From Podarcis bocagei (taxonomy: Eukaryota), in the NCBI GenBank assembly GCA_964188305.1, contig OZ076894.1: a stretch of 64,000 nt of DNA; one strand, written 5' to 3'. The translations under genes were made by a program, and so were the position numbers. Shown here one piece after another: positions 36,229-48,926 of this stretch (the stretch's first letter is position 1; each line of letters opens with the position of its first letter). The notes under the pieces were generated by a model that was not told the origin of the DNA, did no database searches, and saw only the letters and a program-made list of their open reading frames with translations.

Positions 36229-36616
36229 AGGCTGGCCCTACCATTGGGCAGAGTGAGGTGGCTGCCTTGCGTGGCAGATTCTGCTAAGGGTGGTAGCACT
36301 AAGGCAATGGGGTGCAAAGCTCTGCTCGCTATGCGGCCTGCACTGTGCAGCCTAAATTAGCTTGCTTTCCTGAGGTGTGCTGGAGGGTCTTTTCCCATCA
36401 TCATTGTTGTGGGTTCCTTTAAAGAAACTTATTGCTGATCAGATAATTGTTGACATTCCATGCTGTAGCAACTCCATAGCAGCTCTTTGGTTCAGAACTT
36501 GAACATGGAGGCTTTCGCTTCTCATTGTTTTACATTTAATTCTAATTTAGGAATTCAGGGTTTTAATAGAAGGATATCTGGAGTCTGATGGGTTAGAGGA
36601 AGTAGATATTTAAATA

Positions 36617-36858
36617 CAGTGGTACCTCGGGTTAAGTACTTAATTTGTTCCAGAGGTCTGTCCTTAACCTGAAACTGTCCTTAACCTGAAGCACCACTTT
36701 AGCTAATGGAGCCTCCTGCTGCTGCTGCACCGCTGGAGCCCGATTTCTGTTCTTATCCTGAAGCAAAGTTCTTAACCTGAAGCACTATTTCTGGGTTAGC
36801 GGAGTGTGTAACCTGAAGCATATGTAACCTGAAGCGTATGTAACCCGAGGTACCACTG
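36617..36858. mobile_element. Tc1/mariner MITE family B
   Basis: TIRs and TA TSD; inverted copy of 3713-3954. Confidence 0.85.
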
Positions 36859-39017
36859 TACCACTTTCTCTCTTCATAACAAATGCCTTTCAACCCCCTG
36901 ATGATGAAATTCCAGATAATTACCTGAAGGGCTTTAATGTTTGTGCTGGTCAACAGGCAAAGAGGTGATATGCATAGCAACTGGGACTCCCAAGCTGCAG
37001 AAGTCTTCACCATATCCATCTGACAAATTAACATTTTGACAATTAACTCATCCAACAGAAATAATTTAGCAGTTTCAATGTGCAGCGTATTTGTTTTCTG
37101 ATAACAACCATTTAAACATATGTGAGTCCACAAAGAGTCAATGCAAAAGGAGTCTCTGAGCCTTAAATTTCAGTGCCAAAAGGATTGTTAATGGTGTAGA
37201 ACTAGTTTTGGAATGGCGAGTATTGATGGCTAAAGGCAGGCAAGATCACTCCTCACTAATCCTTGCTTTTGGTTCTTTTTCTCATGGGCTCTCCTATCTA
37301 AGAAGGACTCTGTACTGCCAAGACAATGTCATCCACCTTGCAAATCATAGTTGTGTGAGTAAAGAGTTTTAGAACTAAGCCAACATGTGCAGTGGGATAA
37401 GGGGAAGTGTCATATAATTCAATATAATATCACATAACAGAAAATGTAGCAAGTTTTAATTTCAGTTTTCACTGCACATAAAACACTTTCTAGGTTGAGG
37501 TTTCTCATCTTTTTATTAAAATACACGCATGCATACAAACACATTCTCCTACAATTTACTGTTAGTACAGCGATTTTTGGATTGCTCCTTTGATTTGCAT
37601 TTTTAAAAATAATAACATTTCGTTTGGGGTATATTTAATTTTTGTTTGTTTCCCTGACAAGCCAAATCAAGCTTTTATGAAGTGACCTCCAGTCTAGGGA
37701 TGTGTACCAATCACAATATTTGGTTTGGACTGCATTGGTGCTTGGGAAACAGCTCAACTTCATCTGAAGACGTTCAGAGGCTTCTTGGTTAGACTCAGGA
37801 TCTGTGTCCAAGTCAATTTCAGGAAGAAAGAGGGTTCGTTTCCCCTCCTCCCACTCCCTCTTTTCTTTTGACATAAGTGAATGAAGTGTGTGGCCCTTAC
37901 AGAGTGTATGAAACCTGCCAAATTACAGGCAGATTGTTGCGGGGTTTTTCCTGCTAGATAACTTTACATTTTGATATAAAATTTTAAAGAAACTTTTTCA
38001 TTTTGAGGGCAGGTTTGGATTAAATCTGAAGGTGAATTCTGACAAATTCCAGGAGGAGGGATGCAGTGATTTCCCCAGAATTTCAATCTTTCCAGTACTG
38101 GAGAGGAGACAAAAGTGAATCACTTAATCTCCCCTAGTGTTTTGTAAACAATTGGTCTGAAAATAACAGGCATGAGACAGATGCCACTGGGTAAGAAACC
38201 TGCCAAATTTCAGACAAATAGGTTCAGGATTTGTGTGTGTGCTAGAAACCTTTAAAATTGATTTGGGGGAGGATTAAAAGCTGCTATTTTGGTTCTGGAG
38301 ACCAATTCAATCGCATTAGGCAGGTATCCCTAGATGGTACGCTAGCAATATCTTTTGATTCAGGAAGTAGACTGGAAATTCATCACTGGAAATGTTCATC
38401 TCTTGGAGCCAAACGTCCTTCATTCCAAATTCTCCATAGCCATTTTCCTAATTTGAATCTGCTTCGGCTTTTAGGTGGTGGTGGTGGGGCAGAGTTTGAG
38501 AGTGTGCAGAGACTTCTTAGTCTTGCTCTGCCTTGCACACCTCTCATCATTTCTGCTTGACTTCCCTGGCTCTTTTCTTCCCCAAGCAAAAGTACTGGTG
38601 CCACCAGCGCAGACATAGGCTGCTGGTGTAGCACTCTGAAAGCTTTCCCCTTATCGACTTCTTCCAGGAATACAGGCAAGGATCCACTCTCAGCTCAAAT
38701 GGATCCTAGGCTATGCTCAGCCATTTAGTCCCAATTCTGGTGCAGGATCCAACCTGCTGCTGCTGCATATAATCACTGCCTGCAACAGTAAATGTGTTTC
38801 TTGAGCTTGGGGCGAGGTGAACTCAGAAAGCCAGTGCTGCTGCCACATCTGTATTTTCTGCACACACTTGGGCACTCTGGTCTTGGGAGCGCCATGTGTT
38901 GTTGTTTTTTTGCCAGCAGTGCATATGTGGCTCACAATCAGACAACAATAATGACTCGATAAGGCAGACCATGACCAGTCAACAAAATAAATAAAAATCA
39001 CCTGGGACAGAGTAAGG

Positions 39018-39150
39018 CAGGGTTTTCCAAACTTGGGTCTCCAGCTGTTTTGGGGCTACAACTCCCACCATCCTTAACTAGCAGGACCAGTCAGGAATGA
39101 TGGGAAATGTGGTCCAAAAACAGCTGAAGACCCAAGTTTGGGAAACACTG
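39018..39150. mobile_element. hAT MITE (palindromic)
   Basis: CAGGGTTTTCCAAACTTGGGTC / GACCCAAGTTTGGGAAACACTG termini, 8-bp TSD GAGTAAGG/GACTAAGG. Confidence 0.8.
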
Positions 39151-40597
39151 GACTAAGGCATCCATGTGAAAAAGTCAAACACACACACAAAGTGCATGGT
39201 GATGATGATATTAACAGCAACACAATAAGACAGCCTATGGTTTGGCAATAAAGTAAATAAAATTACCTGGGACAGACTAAGGTGTCTGCATGCCAAAGCC
39301 ACAAGCAGAAAGGAAGAGGAATTTAACTACTGTTACTACTACTACTAAATAAGGCTTGGCAGTAAAATTCATAAAAATCACTTGAGACAGACTAAGGTAT
39401 GTATTAAAAAGCTATACTCAAAGACTGAGAATTTAATAATATTGTCCCATCCTTTCTTCCTTATCTTTTTATTGTTATTACATTTTATTGTCAGGGCTGG
39501 TGGGTTGGCATGTCCATGGTTACAGATGTTCGTTTTATTATTTTTACTTTAATGCATATTATCACCTTCTACAACAAAATGGCACTTTCCCGCAAGTAGA
39601 CGCATTCACTGTCAGGTCTAACCAAGCCCCATTTTATTCTTGCAGCTGTAATGGTGCTACGATTTTATTCAAATTTAAAATACAAAACAACAGCTGCTCT
39701 GAGTGTTACTTTTTAAATAAAAAAGACTCAGGATGGACAAGCTGAACTATGTCTCTCTCACACACACATACACACACACACCAGGAATATACAGTTGTGA
39801 TGCAGGGGATGGTGGTTGGGGATCCATTATGTGTGGGTCACCTTTATAGTATGTTCACCAGGATGGCTAGGTGAGGGTTAATATGTTTCTAATGCATATG
39901 GTTCCTGTCTCCGTTGTGAGATCAGTTATAGGTCTCTGGCCAAAGATAACAGCTAAACTGTAACAGATGCTGGATCCTCCACAGCTGAGGTGAAGTATTT
40001 CCTTTCATCCTAACTAGTCATTGATAATGTCCCCACAGTTGGAAACGTCAAGGGCACGAGCAGGTTATTACAAAATTAAATAAATGAACTGCCTAAAGTG
40101 AGTTAAGATCAACAGATACGCTGTTCATCACTCCTTTTTGAAAGGCATCAAAATTAAAAGTAAAGTAACGGCCCTGCATTTCTACAGGAAGATATCAGGC
40201 TTATTAAAACCAAAGCTAAACATGCCTTGGTTGAGTAGCCCTACTGTGTGGCTGAGGCCAGCCCTACCAATCGGCAGAGTGAGACAACTGCTCAGGCAGC
40301 ACATGCCAGGGTGCAACAGCACTCGTTCACTCATTCCTCCCGAATCTCAGCTCTGTATCTCCTGCACTAGACTGCATTTCCTCAGGTGGAGAATGTTGTC
40401 CCATCAACAGGACTGAAAGACGTTTTGACTGTCAATCCAATCCTATTCTCTGTGTTGTATCCAGAGTAAAACCCTCTGAACTATGGGCCCCACCTGTGTT
40501 ATACATTTAAGGCGGTACCATTCGACTTTAAATGATCCTGGCTCCCCCTGAAGAATGCTAGAAACTGAACTTTGATGCTGAGAGTTATTAGGATACC

Positions 40598-40934
40598 TGT
40601 TATATACTAACCTTGGACCCTAGAACAATAGGCAAGTAGGATGCTAGAATGCAGCAACTGAATGGCTTGCACGAGAAGACCAATCAGGCTCCAGGAAGAA
40701 GTTACCGTAATCAGCCTATTAGGCTGGTAGGATTGTAGAATGCAACAACTGAACTGATTGGCCTGCAGGAAAAGACCAATCAGGCTCCAGGAGGGAAGCA
40801 GAGTCAGCCAATCAGACAGGACTCATTGTGTAAATAATGTATATAAAAGCCTGAGGTCTGACTGTGATTCAATCACAGTTTTACAAGCTGCAATAAAGAG
40901 CATGAAATCACTACAGGACTCTAAGTATATTTCA
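40598..40934 (+). mobile_element. Conventional solo LTR (Gypsy-like) with CCAAT, TATA and polyA signals
   Basis: TGTTATATACT...AGTATATTTCA inverted termini, TSD ATACC/AAACC, several CCAAT boxes, TATATAAAA, AATAAA, internally duplicated U3 segment. Confidence 0.8.
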
Positions 40935-41309
40935 AAACCCCTATTTCCCTCACAGAGCAGCAATTCCCAGACTTCCCTGGAAAGAGAGGTCGGCTGTTAA
41001 ACCATATTGGGAATTATAGTTTGTTAAGGGTTCTGAGAGTTGTTAGGAGACCCCCATTCCCCTCATAGACCTGCAGTTCTGAAACTGGCTTAACAGTCAA
41101 TCCCTCTTCCCAATGAATTCTGGGAATTGCAGCTTTGTGAGGGGACCTAAGGTATCCCAACAATTAACAGACTACAGTATTCTCTGAGGGGAGCCGTTGC
41201 TGTTTAAAGTGGTGTGATACTGATTATGAATGCAAAGAACTGTAGAGTTCAAAAGGACCTTGAGGGTCATCTAGTTCAACCCCTTGCAATGTAGGAATAT
41301 CAGCTAAAG

Positions 41310-41887
41310 CAGGCTTCCTCAAACTCGGCTCTCCAGATGTTTTTGGCCTACAACTCCCATGATCCCTAGCTAGCAGGACCACTGGTCAGGGATGATAGGA
41401 ATTGTAGTCTCAAAACACCTGGAGGGCTGATGTCAGGGAACTGACATCAGAACGAAAGGAGAAGGAGAGGCTCCCTGATTCTGCAGGAGAAGGTACCAGC
41501 CTCAGGGGGAGACGCAGCTTAGTAGAGGGGGAAGGAAATCGGCGTAACACCAGGGATCCAGGAGGGCAGATGGGGGAAGCGGAGGCAGAGCTCCGGGATT
41601 CTTCCCTGGACATCAGTGAGGAGAGCACTGGTCCTCCACTGCCCACGCCCTCCCTGCGCAGAAGACTCCCGTGCAGTGAGAGGCGGAGACGACTGGGAGT
41701 CAAACAGCTTTTATGCTGGAAAAGGTTTAAGAAACGCCCACAGACAGATTCTGCTAGCGACTGAGGCAGCCACGCTGAGATGGGCTGTGCAGTCAGGACG
41801 GTTTAACCCAGGCAATTAAGCTCCCTAACGGGGACAGTTTACGCACAAGTAACTCAACCCCATTACAGCCGAGTTTGAGAAAGCCTG
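41310..41887. mobile_element. hAT MITE interrupted by a solo LTR
   Basis: TIR CAGGCTTCCTCAAACTCGGC / GCCGAGTTTGAGAAAGCCTG, 8-bp TSD AGCTAAAG/AACTAAAG. Confidence 0.78.
41431..41867 (+). mobile_element. Solo LTR (Gypsy-like), family I copy 3
   Basis: TGTCAGGGAA...CATTACA, TSD GCTGA/GCCGA. Confidence 0.86.
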
Positions 41888-42300
41888 AACTAAAGCATCC
41901 ATGACAGATGGCCATCCGACCTCTGCTCCAAGGAAGGAGAGTCCACAACCTCCTGAGGGAGACCGTTCCACCGTCAAACAGATCTTACTGTCAGAAAGTT
42001 CTTTCTGATGTTTCATTGAAATCTCCTTTCTTGTAACTTGAATCCATTGGTAGCGGTCCTACCCGCTAGAGCAGAAGAAAACAAGCTTGCTCCATCTTCC
42101 ATGCCTTTTAGATATTTGAAGATGGCTGTCATATATCCTCTCCGTCTTCGCTTTCCCAGGCTAAACATACCCAGCCAACCAAGGCTTGGTTTCCAGACCC
42201 TTGATCATCTTGGTCACCCGTTTCTGCACCCATTCTAGCTTATCAATATCCTTCTGCTTAATATGTCCCTTCAAGTATCTGTTAGGTTACAACCAGGGCT

Positions 42301-42468
42301 CAGTGGCGTAGCGTGGGGGGGTGCAGGGGGGGCCGGCCGCACCGGACGCAACATTTGGGGGGGGGCGCTCGCACTCGCAGCTCTCTGCCCCTACCTGGCT
42401 CACTCAGGGTTAGGGGGCGCAAATTACTTGCCTTGCCCCGGGTGCTGACAACCCACGCTACGCCACTG
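42301..42468. mobile_element. Young hAT MITE
   Basis: Perfect 17-bp TIR CAGTGGCGTAGCGTGGG and perfect 8-bp TSD CCAGGGCT. Confidence 0.9.
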
Positions 42469-42689
42469 CCAGGGCTCACATCAGATAGATGAGGATGGGG
42501 GTGGATTGTGTACCTCTCTCAAATACACCACCTGCAGGCTCACATGCTTCAACTCACTAGCCAGCAGATTGGCATCTTCTTACCCACTTGCTGCTGCCAT
42601 ACAGGGGGCCTCTGTAAAAGATCCCAATTATTGGGTAGGATTCTGCTGTATTGTATTATCTGAAAAATATTACAAAAGTAAATCTAAAT

Positions 42690-43270
42690 CTAAACATAAA
42701 TTGCTTTCTGTTCCCCCCATGAACAGTATTTCAGCATTCAGGTTACATTAAAACACAATATATTCTACAAGTAGGACCAATAATCTTCTATTTAACATAG
42801 TATTCGATCTACTGTGATATATAATTCATTTTTTCATTTACAGTGTTCATTGTTTTTGATAACCTATAATCAAAACAAATGACTCCCTTAATTAGAGCCA
42901 CATTTCAAGTTTCCTCATTCATCTAACCCTCCTCTAGTTGATCCAATTTTCCCTTTAAAAAGGCCAAACGACTTTTAATGTAGTTGGAACCAATCTACCA
43001 GATTCCTGCCTCTTTATAAAATCAATAGACGAACGCCAGCCTGCCAAAAGCTTGTCCATTTTTGTTTGAACTTGAAATCTGTGAAATAGTCATTCCACAA
43101 GAGCTATTCGCTTTATTTAATCCACCAATTTTCCAGATTCATGAATCCCCCCCCACCGTTTACTTAGTTATTGTCATTCTTGCTACAAAAAGAAGATGAA
43201 TAATCAGTTTCCTTTGCCTTAAGATACTATTTATCATCCTCAGATAAGTTCAGCAAGGCCACAATTTTTT
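42690..43270 (-). mobile_element. Degenerate L1 3' fragment (ORF2 C-terminus and 3'UTR)
   Basis: Frameshifted minus-strand peptides (KLIIHLLFVARMTITK, NLENWW, LAGWRSSIDFIK) resemble non-mammalian L1 ORF2 C-termini. Confidence 0.5.
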
Positions 43271-43471
43271 TTCTTGCTTTACTGATCTATTTTATTTTTA
43301 AAGCATTTTTACTTCACTTTTCAGCCAAAAAGGCTTCTAGGGCAGCTTATAGATATATATGTTTTATTTTAATTTTTTAAAGGCAGATAAAGTGACCCTT
43401 CAGGTAAGTCATTGTAGGTCAAAAGCTGCACTTTGAATTGTGCTCAAAAATAAATAGGTAGCCAATGCACA

Positions 43472-44557
43472 CTATGCAAAAGCCTTTGACTGTATCGACC
43501 ACAGCAAACTATGGAAAGATCTTAAAGAAATGGGAGTGCCTGATCACCTCATCTGTCTCCTGAGAAATCTCTATGTGGGACAAGAAGTTACAGTTAGAAC
43601 TGGATATGGAACAACTGATTGGTTCAAAATTGGGAAAGGCGTACAACAAGGCTGTCTATTGTCTCCCTGCTTATTTAACTTATATGCAGAATTCACCATG
43701 CAAAAGACTGGACTGGATGAATTCCAAACTGGAATTAAGATTGCCGGAAGAAATATCAACAACCTCAGATATGCAGATGACACAACCTTGATGGCAGAAA
43801 GTGAGGAGGAATTAAATAACTTTTAAATGAAGGTGAAGAGGAAAGTGCAAAATATGGTCTGAAGCTCAACATCAAAAAAACTAAGTTCATGGCCACTGGT
43901 CCCATCACCTCCTGGCAAATAGAAGGGGAAGAAATGGAGGCAGTGAGAGATTTTACTTTCTTGGCTACCATGATCACTGCAGATGGTGGCAGCAATCACA
44001 AAATTAAAAGACGAATGCTTCTTGGGAGAAAAGCAATGACAAACCTAGAAAGCATCTTAAAAAGCAGAGACATCACCTTGCTGACAAAGGTCCATATAGT
44101 TAAAGCTATGGTTTTCCCAGCAGTGATGTATGGAAGTGAGAGCTGGACCATAAAGAAGGCTGATTGCTGAAGAATTGATGCTTTTGAATGATGGTGCTGG
44201 AGGAGACTCTTGAGAGTCCCTTGGACTGCAAGAAGATCAAACCTATCCATTCTGAAGGAAATTAGTCCTGAGTGCTCACTGGAAGGACAGATCCTGAAGC
44301 TGAGGCTCCAATACTTTGGCCACCTCATGAGAAGAGAAAAGACCCTGGAAAAGACCCTGATGTTGGAAAAGATTGAGGGCACAAGGAGAAGGGGCCGACA
44401 GACGATGAGATGGCTGGACAGTGTTCTCGAAGCTACCAACATGAGCTTGACCAAACTGTGGGAGGCAGTGGAAGACGAGAGTGCCTGGCGTGCTCTGGTC
44501 CATGGGGTCCCAAAGAGTTGGACATGACTAAACAACTAAACAACTAGACAACAACAA
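43472..44557 (+). mobile_element. 5'-truncated BovB (RTE) LINE, disrupted RT
   Basis: Peptides MGVPDHLICLLRNLY, INNLRYADDTTL, YGSESWTIKKA and LKLRLQYFGHLMRR split by frameshift and stops; (CAA)n tail; TSD CAATGCACA. Confidence 0.93.
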
Positions 44558-47500
44558 CAATGCACAGTTGGTACAAAAGTGCGGGCAACCTGAACCCTCC
44601 ATCTCACCCCTGTGAAAAGCCATTTTCTACAACATTTATATGGGTAGTGGCTTAGGTTAAAATCTACATGGAAGAATAGATTTCTCTCTCTCTCTCTCAA
44701 CTAACATATGTTAAAGGTATTATTTCATAAAATATATGTTTATTGTGCAGTTATCTCAGCCTGCAGGCTTATAGTTCTCTAGTATGTATAAAACAGTACA
44801 TAACTATAACCCACAGAGACTGCAGGTTTATTCAAATCCCTTGACTGTAAGGGAAATACCAAAATAGCAGAATGTAAATAGGAGGCTGCGTTATATGTAA
44901 TGACCTTAAAATATTTCTGTAGCAAACAACAGCACTTTTGTCTAATTTTCAGTTTCATGGGTTATTATCTCTGTTGAGATTCTTGTCGAGTTATTTACAT
45001 GGAATTCTTCAGCTTTCTACAGCTTCAGCCATACTTTCTGAATAAATCATGCAACTATATAAAGATGTTTAAATCGCCAGATGTATTTTGGTTTCTCAGT
45101 AGTGCAGATGATGTACTAAGGCACATCTGTTAAGGAACCTGTCCAGAGAAGAGCAATTTTCCCCCTGTAGTGCACATGCAAGCAGAAGATTCTGCACAGT
45201 CTCAAAAGTCCAGCCTCGTTTCCCAAAGCCCAACCCTCACCTGTGGTTGATGACCCTATTTGTCTGGAAATCATATCATCATATTTCCTGCTCCCATAAG
45301 CAAGTGTGTCTACAATTCCAGTAACCAACGTATTCTTCAGAATGTGTTCGCCCTCCCCTTTTTAATCTTTTGTTAGTCTGCTAAATCAACACTCCATCGA
45401 GGAACCAAAACAGATGTCAAGCTTCTGAATCTCAGGAGGTGTCAGAGAACTTTGTAAAATAGCTAAATAAAATTTCACACCTGACAACTATACACAGTAA
45501 CTTTCTTTTCCTCCATTGTCCAAGGTGCTGCAGATAGAACTCTAGGAGTCCCAGCTATCTATCACACCAGTTTGACATTTTCTGCACAAATCATTAACAT
45601 TTTTGTCTGTACTTGGTAGCAGGGAAGTTGCATTACAAATGATGGATCTTGGACCACTGTCTTCAAATCACTTTTTCTGGAGAAATCCCGTTGGAATCAA
45701 TGGAGCTATTCAGGGCTGCATCTGCCATTATATTTCCCTGACTGCGTTTTACAAATACTTGTGGGGAAGTAGCTCAGGATGCATATGCCATAAAAGTCAA
45801 TGACAAATTTGAGATATATGGATTCAAAAAGAAAGTCTTAGAAGCTTTCTGAAACACGAGTTTCAGGCATAACTCTAAAACCCAATTGACACAGGAGCCC
45901 TAAATAGTTACATCCTCCATGTGGCTAGAAGCCTCTGAGTGACTGTAATAGCTCTTAGTGGCTATAGTCACACACAAGCGGCACCCTTCTAGCTCTTTTT
46001 CAGTACTGTCTGTTTGTTGGCCCATAAGCTCTGCACTCTTTAGAAATGTCTGGCTTCAAGAAGTAGCAGCCCAGAACAAGGAAGCAGACTGGAATGGGCT
46101 TTTTCCCCCCAGGGAGTGCAGGCCATATTAGTTCATACAGTCACTAGAAGCTTTTCACTACATGAATGCTTCATGTGGACTCCTAATGAGCAAGCTTTAT
46201 ACTGAACCAGCATTACAAAGATGCACATCCTCAGGTGTTTTTTTTTTTTTGCCTGCCTACCTTTTGAAAAACTGATGCAAGAATATTCACTTGGGAAGGC
46301 GTTCTACAATAGTGCTTTGTTTGAAAATTGTAGAAAGGCAAGTCGTAAGGCCATCTGAGATAGTTTTCTAAAAATGGCTCTACAAATTAAACAAGTTCAT
46401 TACATGTTAAGAAACTTGGTCCAGGACCTTAGCTGGTGTATATCAGGTTTGTTCTGTTGACATCAGTATTAAGGATGCAAATTTCCAACAGCTGAGATGC
46501 TGGTCTTCTGCTTTTCTTTTTTCCAGGAGGACTCATCACAATAACTCCCAAGAGCACTTAAAATTGCTAAGGCAGCTGTGTGTTTACCTTAGGAAACAAA
46601 AAGGAAATCATTGACATTCGTGTAATAACATTCTCGTAGAAATGTAACAGGATAGTGTGAAAGTGTTTACACGGAGGGAGAAAGGCTTAGCTTCTCTTGA
46701 CATGTTGTGTTGTGTTTTTCCTGTTACAGCAGCAGAACATAATAAAGACTTGGATGCATATAATGGACATGCAGTCTGGGGCCTTTAAACAGAAAGTTTG
46801 CCTAAACCTAGTCAAAGTGTGAGTTCATTTTCTTTTCTCTTTTTCTAAATGCATTTAAAGGAATGCCAAGGGTGTGGGGCTTTTCCCCTATGAGGATAGG
46901 TGTTTCTTTTGGGGAGTGGGGGTACTTTTGCTGCTGCATTGTCCTCAGACTAAACTGAACAAATATTTGTCCAAAATATCTGTATCATAGAGTTGGTTGG
47001 GTCACTAAAATGGTATAACAAAGGCTTTAAAAGTGTTTATAAAGTATCTCAAGATAGTTCCAGCTTGATTGCTGGTCCAAGGGCTATGACCTGAAAACAC
47101 ACAATGCATGAGCTTTGCTGAGGAAAAGCATTTCTGGGTCTTTAGCATGTGCAGCATCAGAAGTGGCTCGCTGAGTGGGGCTAGCTTCCCAGCAGGTGGG
47201 TCACTGTTGCTTATCAGGAGGGAGAAGAGAGAGGTGGCAGAGAGGTTGTGCAGTGCAAATGCACTGGTGAAGTCAATCTGGAGCTCCTGCTAGAGTGTTT
47301 GCATTGCGTCAACCTCCCTGTCCCCTCTCCCTCTCCACTTGTCAAATGATAGCACTCAACCACTTCCAAAGATTCTAGTACACGTGGCAGAATAGCATAG
47401 GTCTGCAAACATAATTCTGGATCAAGGACTGGGCTATAAGGCTGATTCACATCTGTTGACATACATCATCTGAAAAGTATTGGGCTTGAGGTGATACAAG

Positions 47501-48080
47501 TTGAGGAAGAAGTGCAACATCTAGCCTCAGTGTGGCGACACTAAAGGAGTGTCTGACCTTCGAGTTGCCTCTTCAGAATGTGATGAGGGCGAGGGCAAAG
47601 CCCCATGTGGTTGTAGATGGGCTTGCTCCTAGGTGAGAGTTTGGAGCAGCCAGAGGTGAGGGAGTTTTGAGTTAATATGGCCTCCAAGAGGCAGGTGAAA
47701 TGCTGGGGAGATGTGGGTGGGTGGTAATTGCATGAATACAGCTCACAAATATTATTTGTGGATATCTGATGATTGCATTGTTTTATATTGTTTTGATTTA
47801 TTTATTGTACTTATATTGTTTCTTTTCTGTTAATATGCTGTTCATGGCTTTGGGAGCCTGTGAGTTCTATGGTGTGGAGTGGAGGTATAAATATAATAAA
47901 TAAATTAAAATAGGTTATTCATCTTGTTTTTAATTCTAGACATCTTTTTATGTAGAAACTCAAGATCAGAGTGGCTAACCAGTGGTCCTCCAGATGACTC
48001 CAGCTTCCATTAGCCCCAACTAGCATGGTCAATGGTCAGGAATGATATGAGGAAACACTCATAGGGCTGTACTGCTAATG

Positions 48081-48123
<43 letters not shown>

Positions 48124-48128
48124 CGCAC
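48081..48128. repeat. (AT)(GT)n(GC)n alternating purine-pyrimidine tract
   Basis: Direct sequence. Confidence 0.9.
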
Positions 48129-48328
48129 AAAGTCATATTGTTTCTGTCAACCCAACTCCACTAAAAATGAAGTTATGGTCAATTAAATTCTACTCAGACA
48201 CACTGACATTAACGAACATAAGTTACTGTGTATAATAATTTCAGTAGCTCTTTTTTGAGTAGGACTTTGAAAACCTTAAATACTAAGAAAATAATAAACC
48301 AAAAAGGATAAAAAGTAAGAAGCCAATA

Positions 48329-48926
48329 CAGTCATACCTTGGTTTTCGAACAGAATGCGTTCCGGAAGTCCTTTCGACTTCCGAAACATTCAGAAACCAA
48401 GCCGTGGCTTCCAATTGCGCAGGCGTGCTGGAAACAATAGTGGAAACCTCATCGGATGTTCGGCTTAAAAAAAAAATGTTCAAAAACTGGAACACTCAAT
48501 TCTGGGTTTCGATCGTTTGGGAGCCAAAACGTACAAGTACAGTGGTGCCTCGCAAGACGAAATTAATTCGTTCTGCGAGTTTTGTCGTCTTGTGATTTTT
48601 TTCGTCTTGCGAAGCATGGTGTCGGGAAAGTTTTGGAAAAGCTTCAAAAATCACCAAAGTCTTTAAAAACCTCAAAAAAGGCTACCACACTGCGTTCTAT
48701 GAGTTGCTCCTCGAAGTCAAGTCGCAACTGTATTAACGGTGTTAAGAAAAAGGAAACAAACTTGCAAGACGTTTCCATCTTGCGAAGCAAGCCCATAGGG
48801 AAAATCGTCTTGCGAAGCAACTCAAAAAACCAAAAACCCTTTTGTGTAGCGAGTTTTTTGTCTTGCGAGGCATTCGTCTTGCGAGGTACTACTGTACCAA
48901 GGCATTCGACAACCAAGGTACAAGTG
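48329..48926. mobile_element. Tigger-like MITE hosting a family A MITE
   Basis: CAGTCATACCTTGGTT / AACCAAGGTACAAGTG termini with TA flanks. Confidence 0.65.
48540..48894. mobile_element. Tc1/mariner MITE family A (inverted, nested)
   Basis: Same TIRs as 2916-3218; TA TSD. Confidence 0.85.

Larger units (their letters stand above)
41242..42255 (-). mobile_element. Old CR1 3' remnant hosting a nested MITE and LTR
   Basis: Similarity to the CR1 3' region at 13055-13520 on both sides of the nested insertions. Confidence 0.7.

Noticed and set aside
38383-38679. 98-aa minus-strand ORF upstream of GNMT considered as CNPY3 or PTCRA
   Set aside because: No similarity to either protein as I recall them.
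43996-44535. 179-aa minus-strand ORF
   Set aside because: Antisense to the BovB RT and 3' region; not a host gene.
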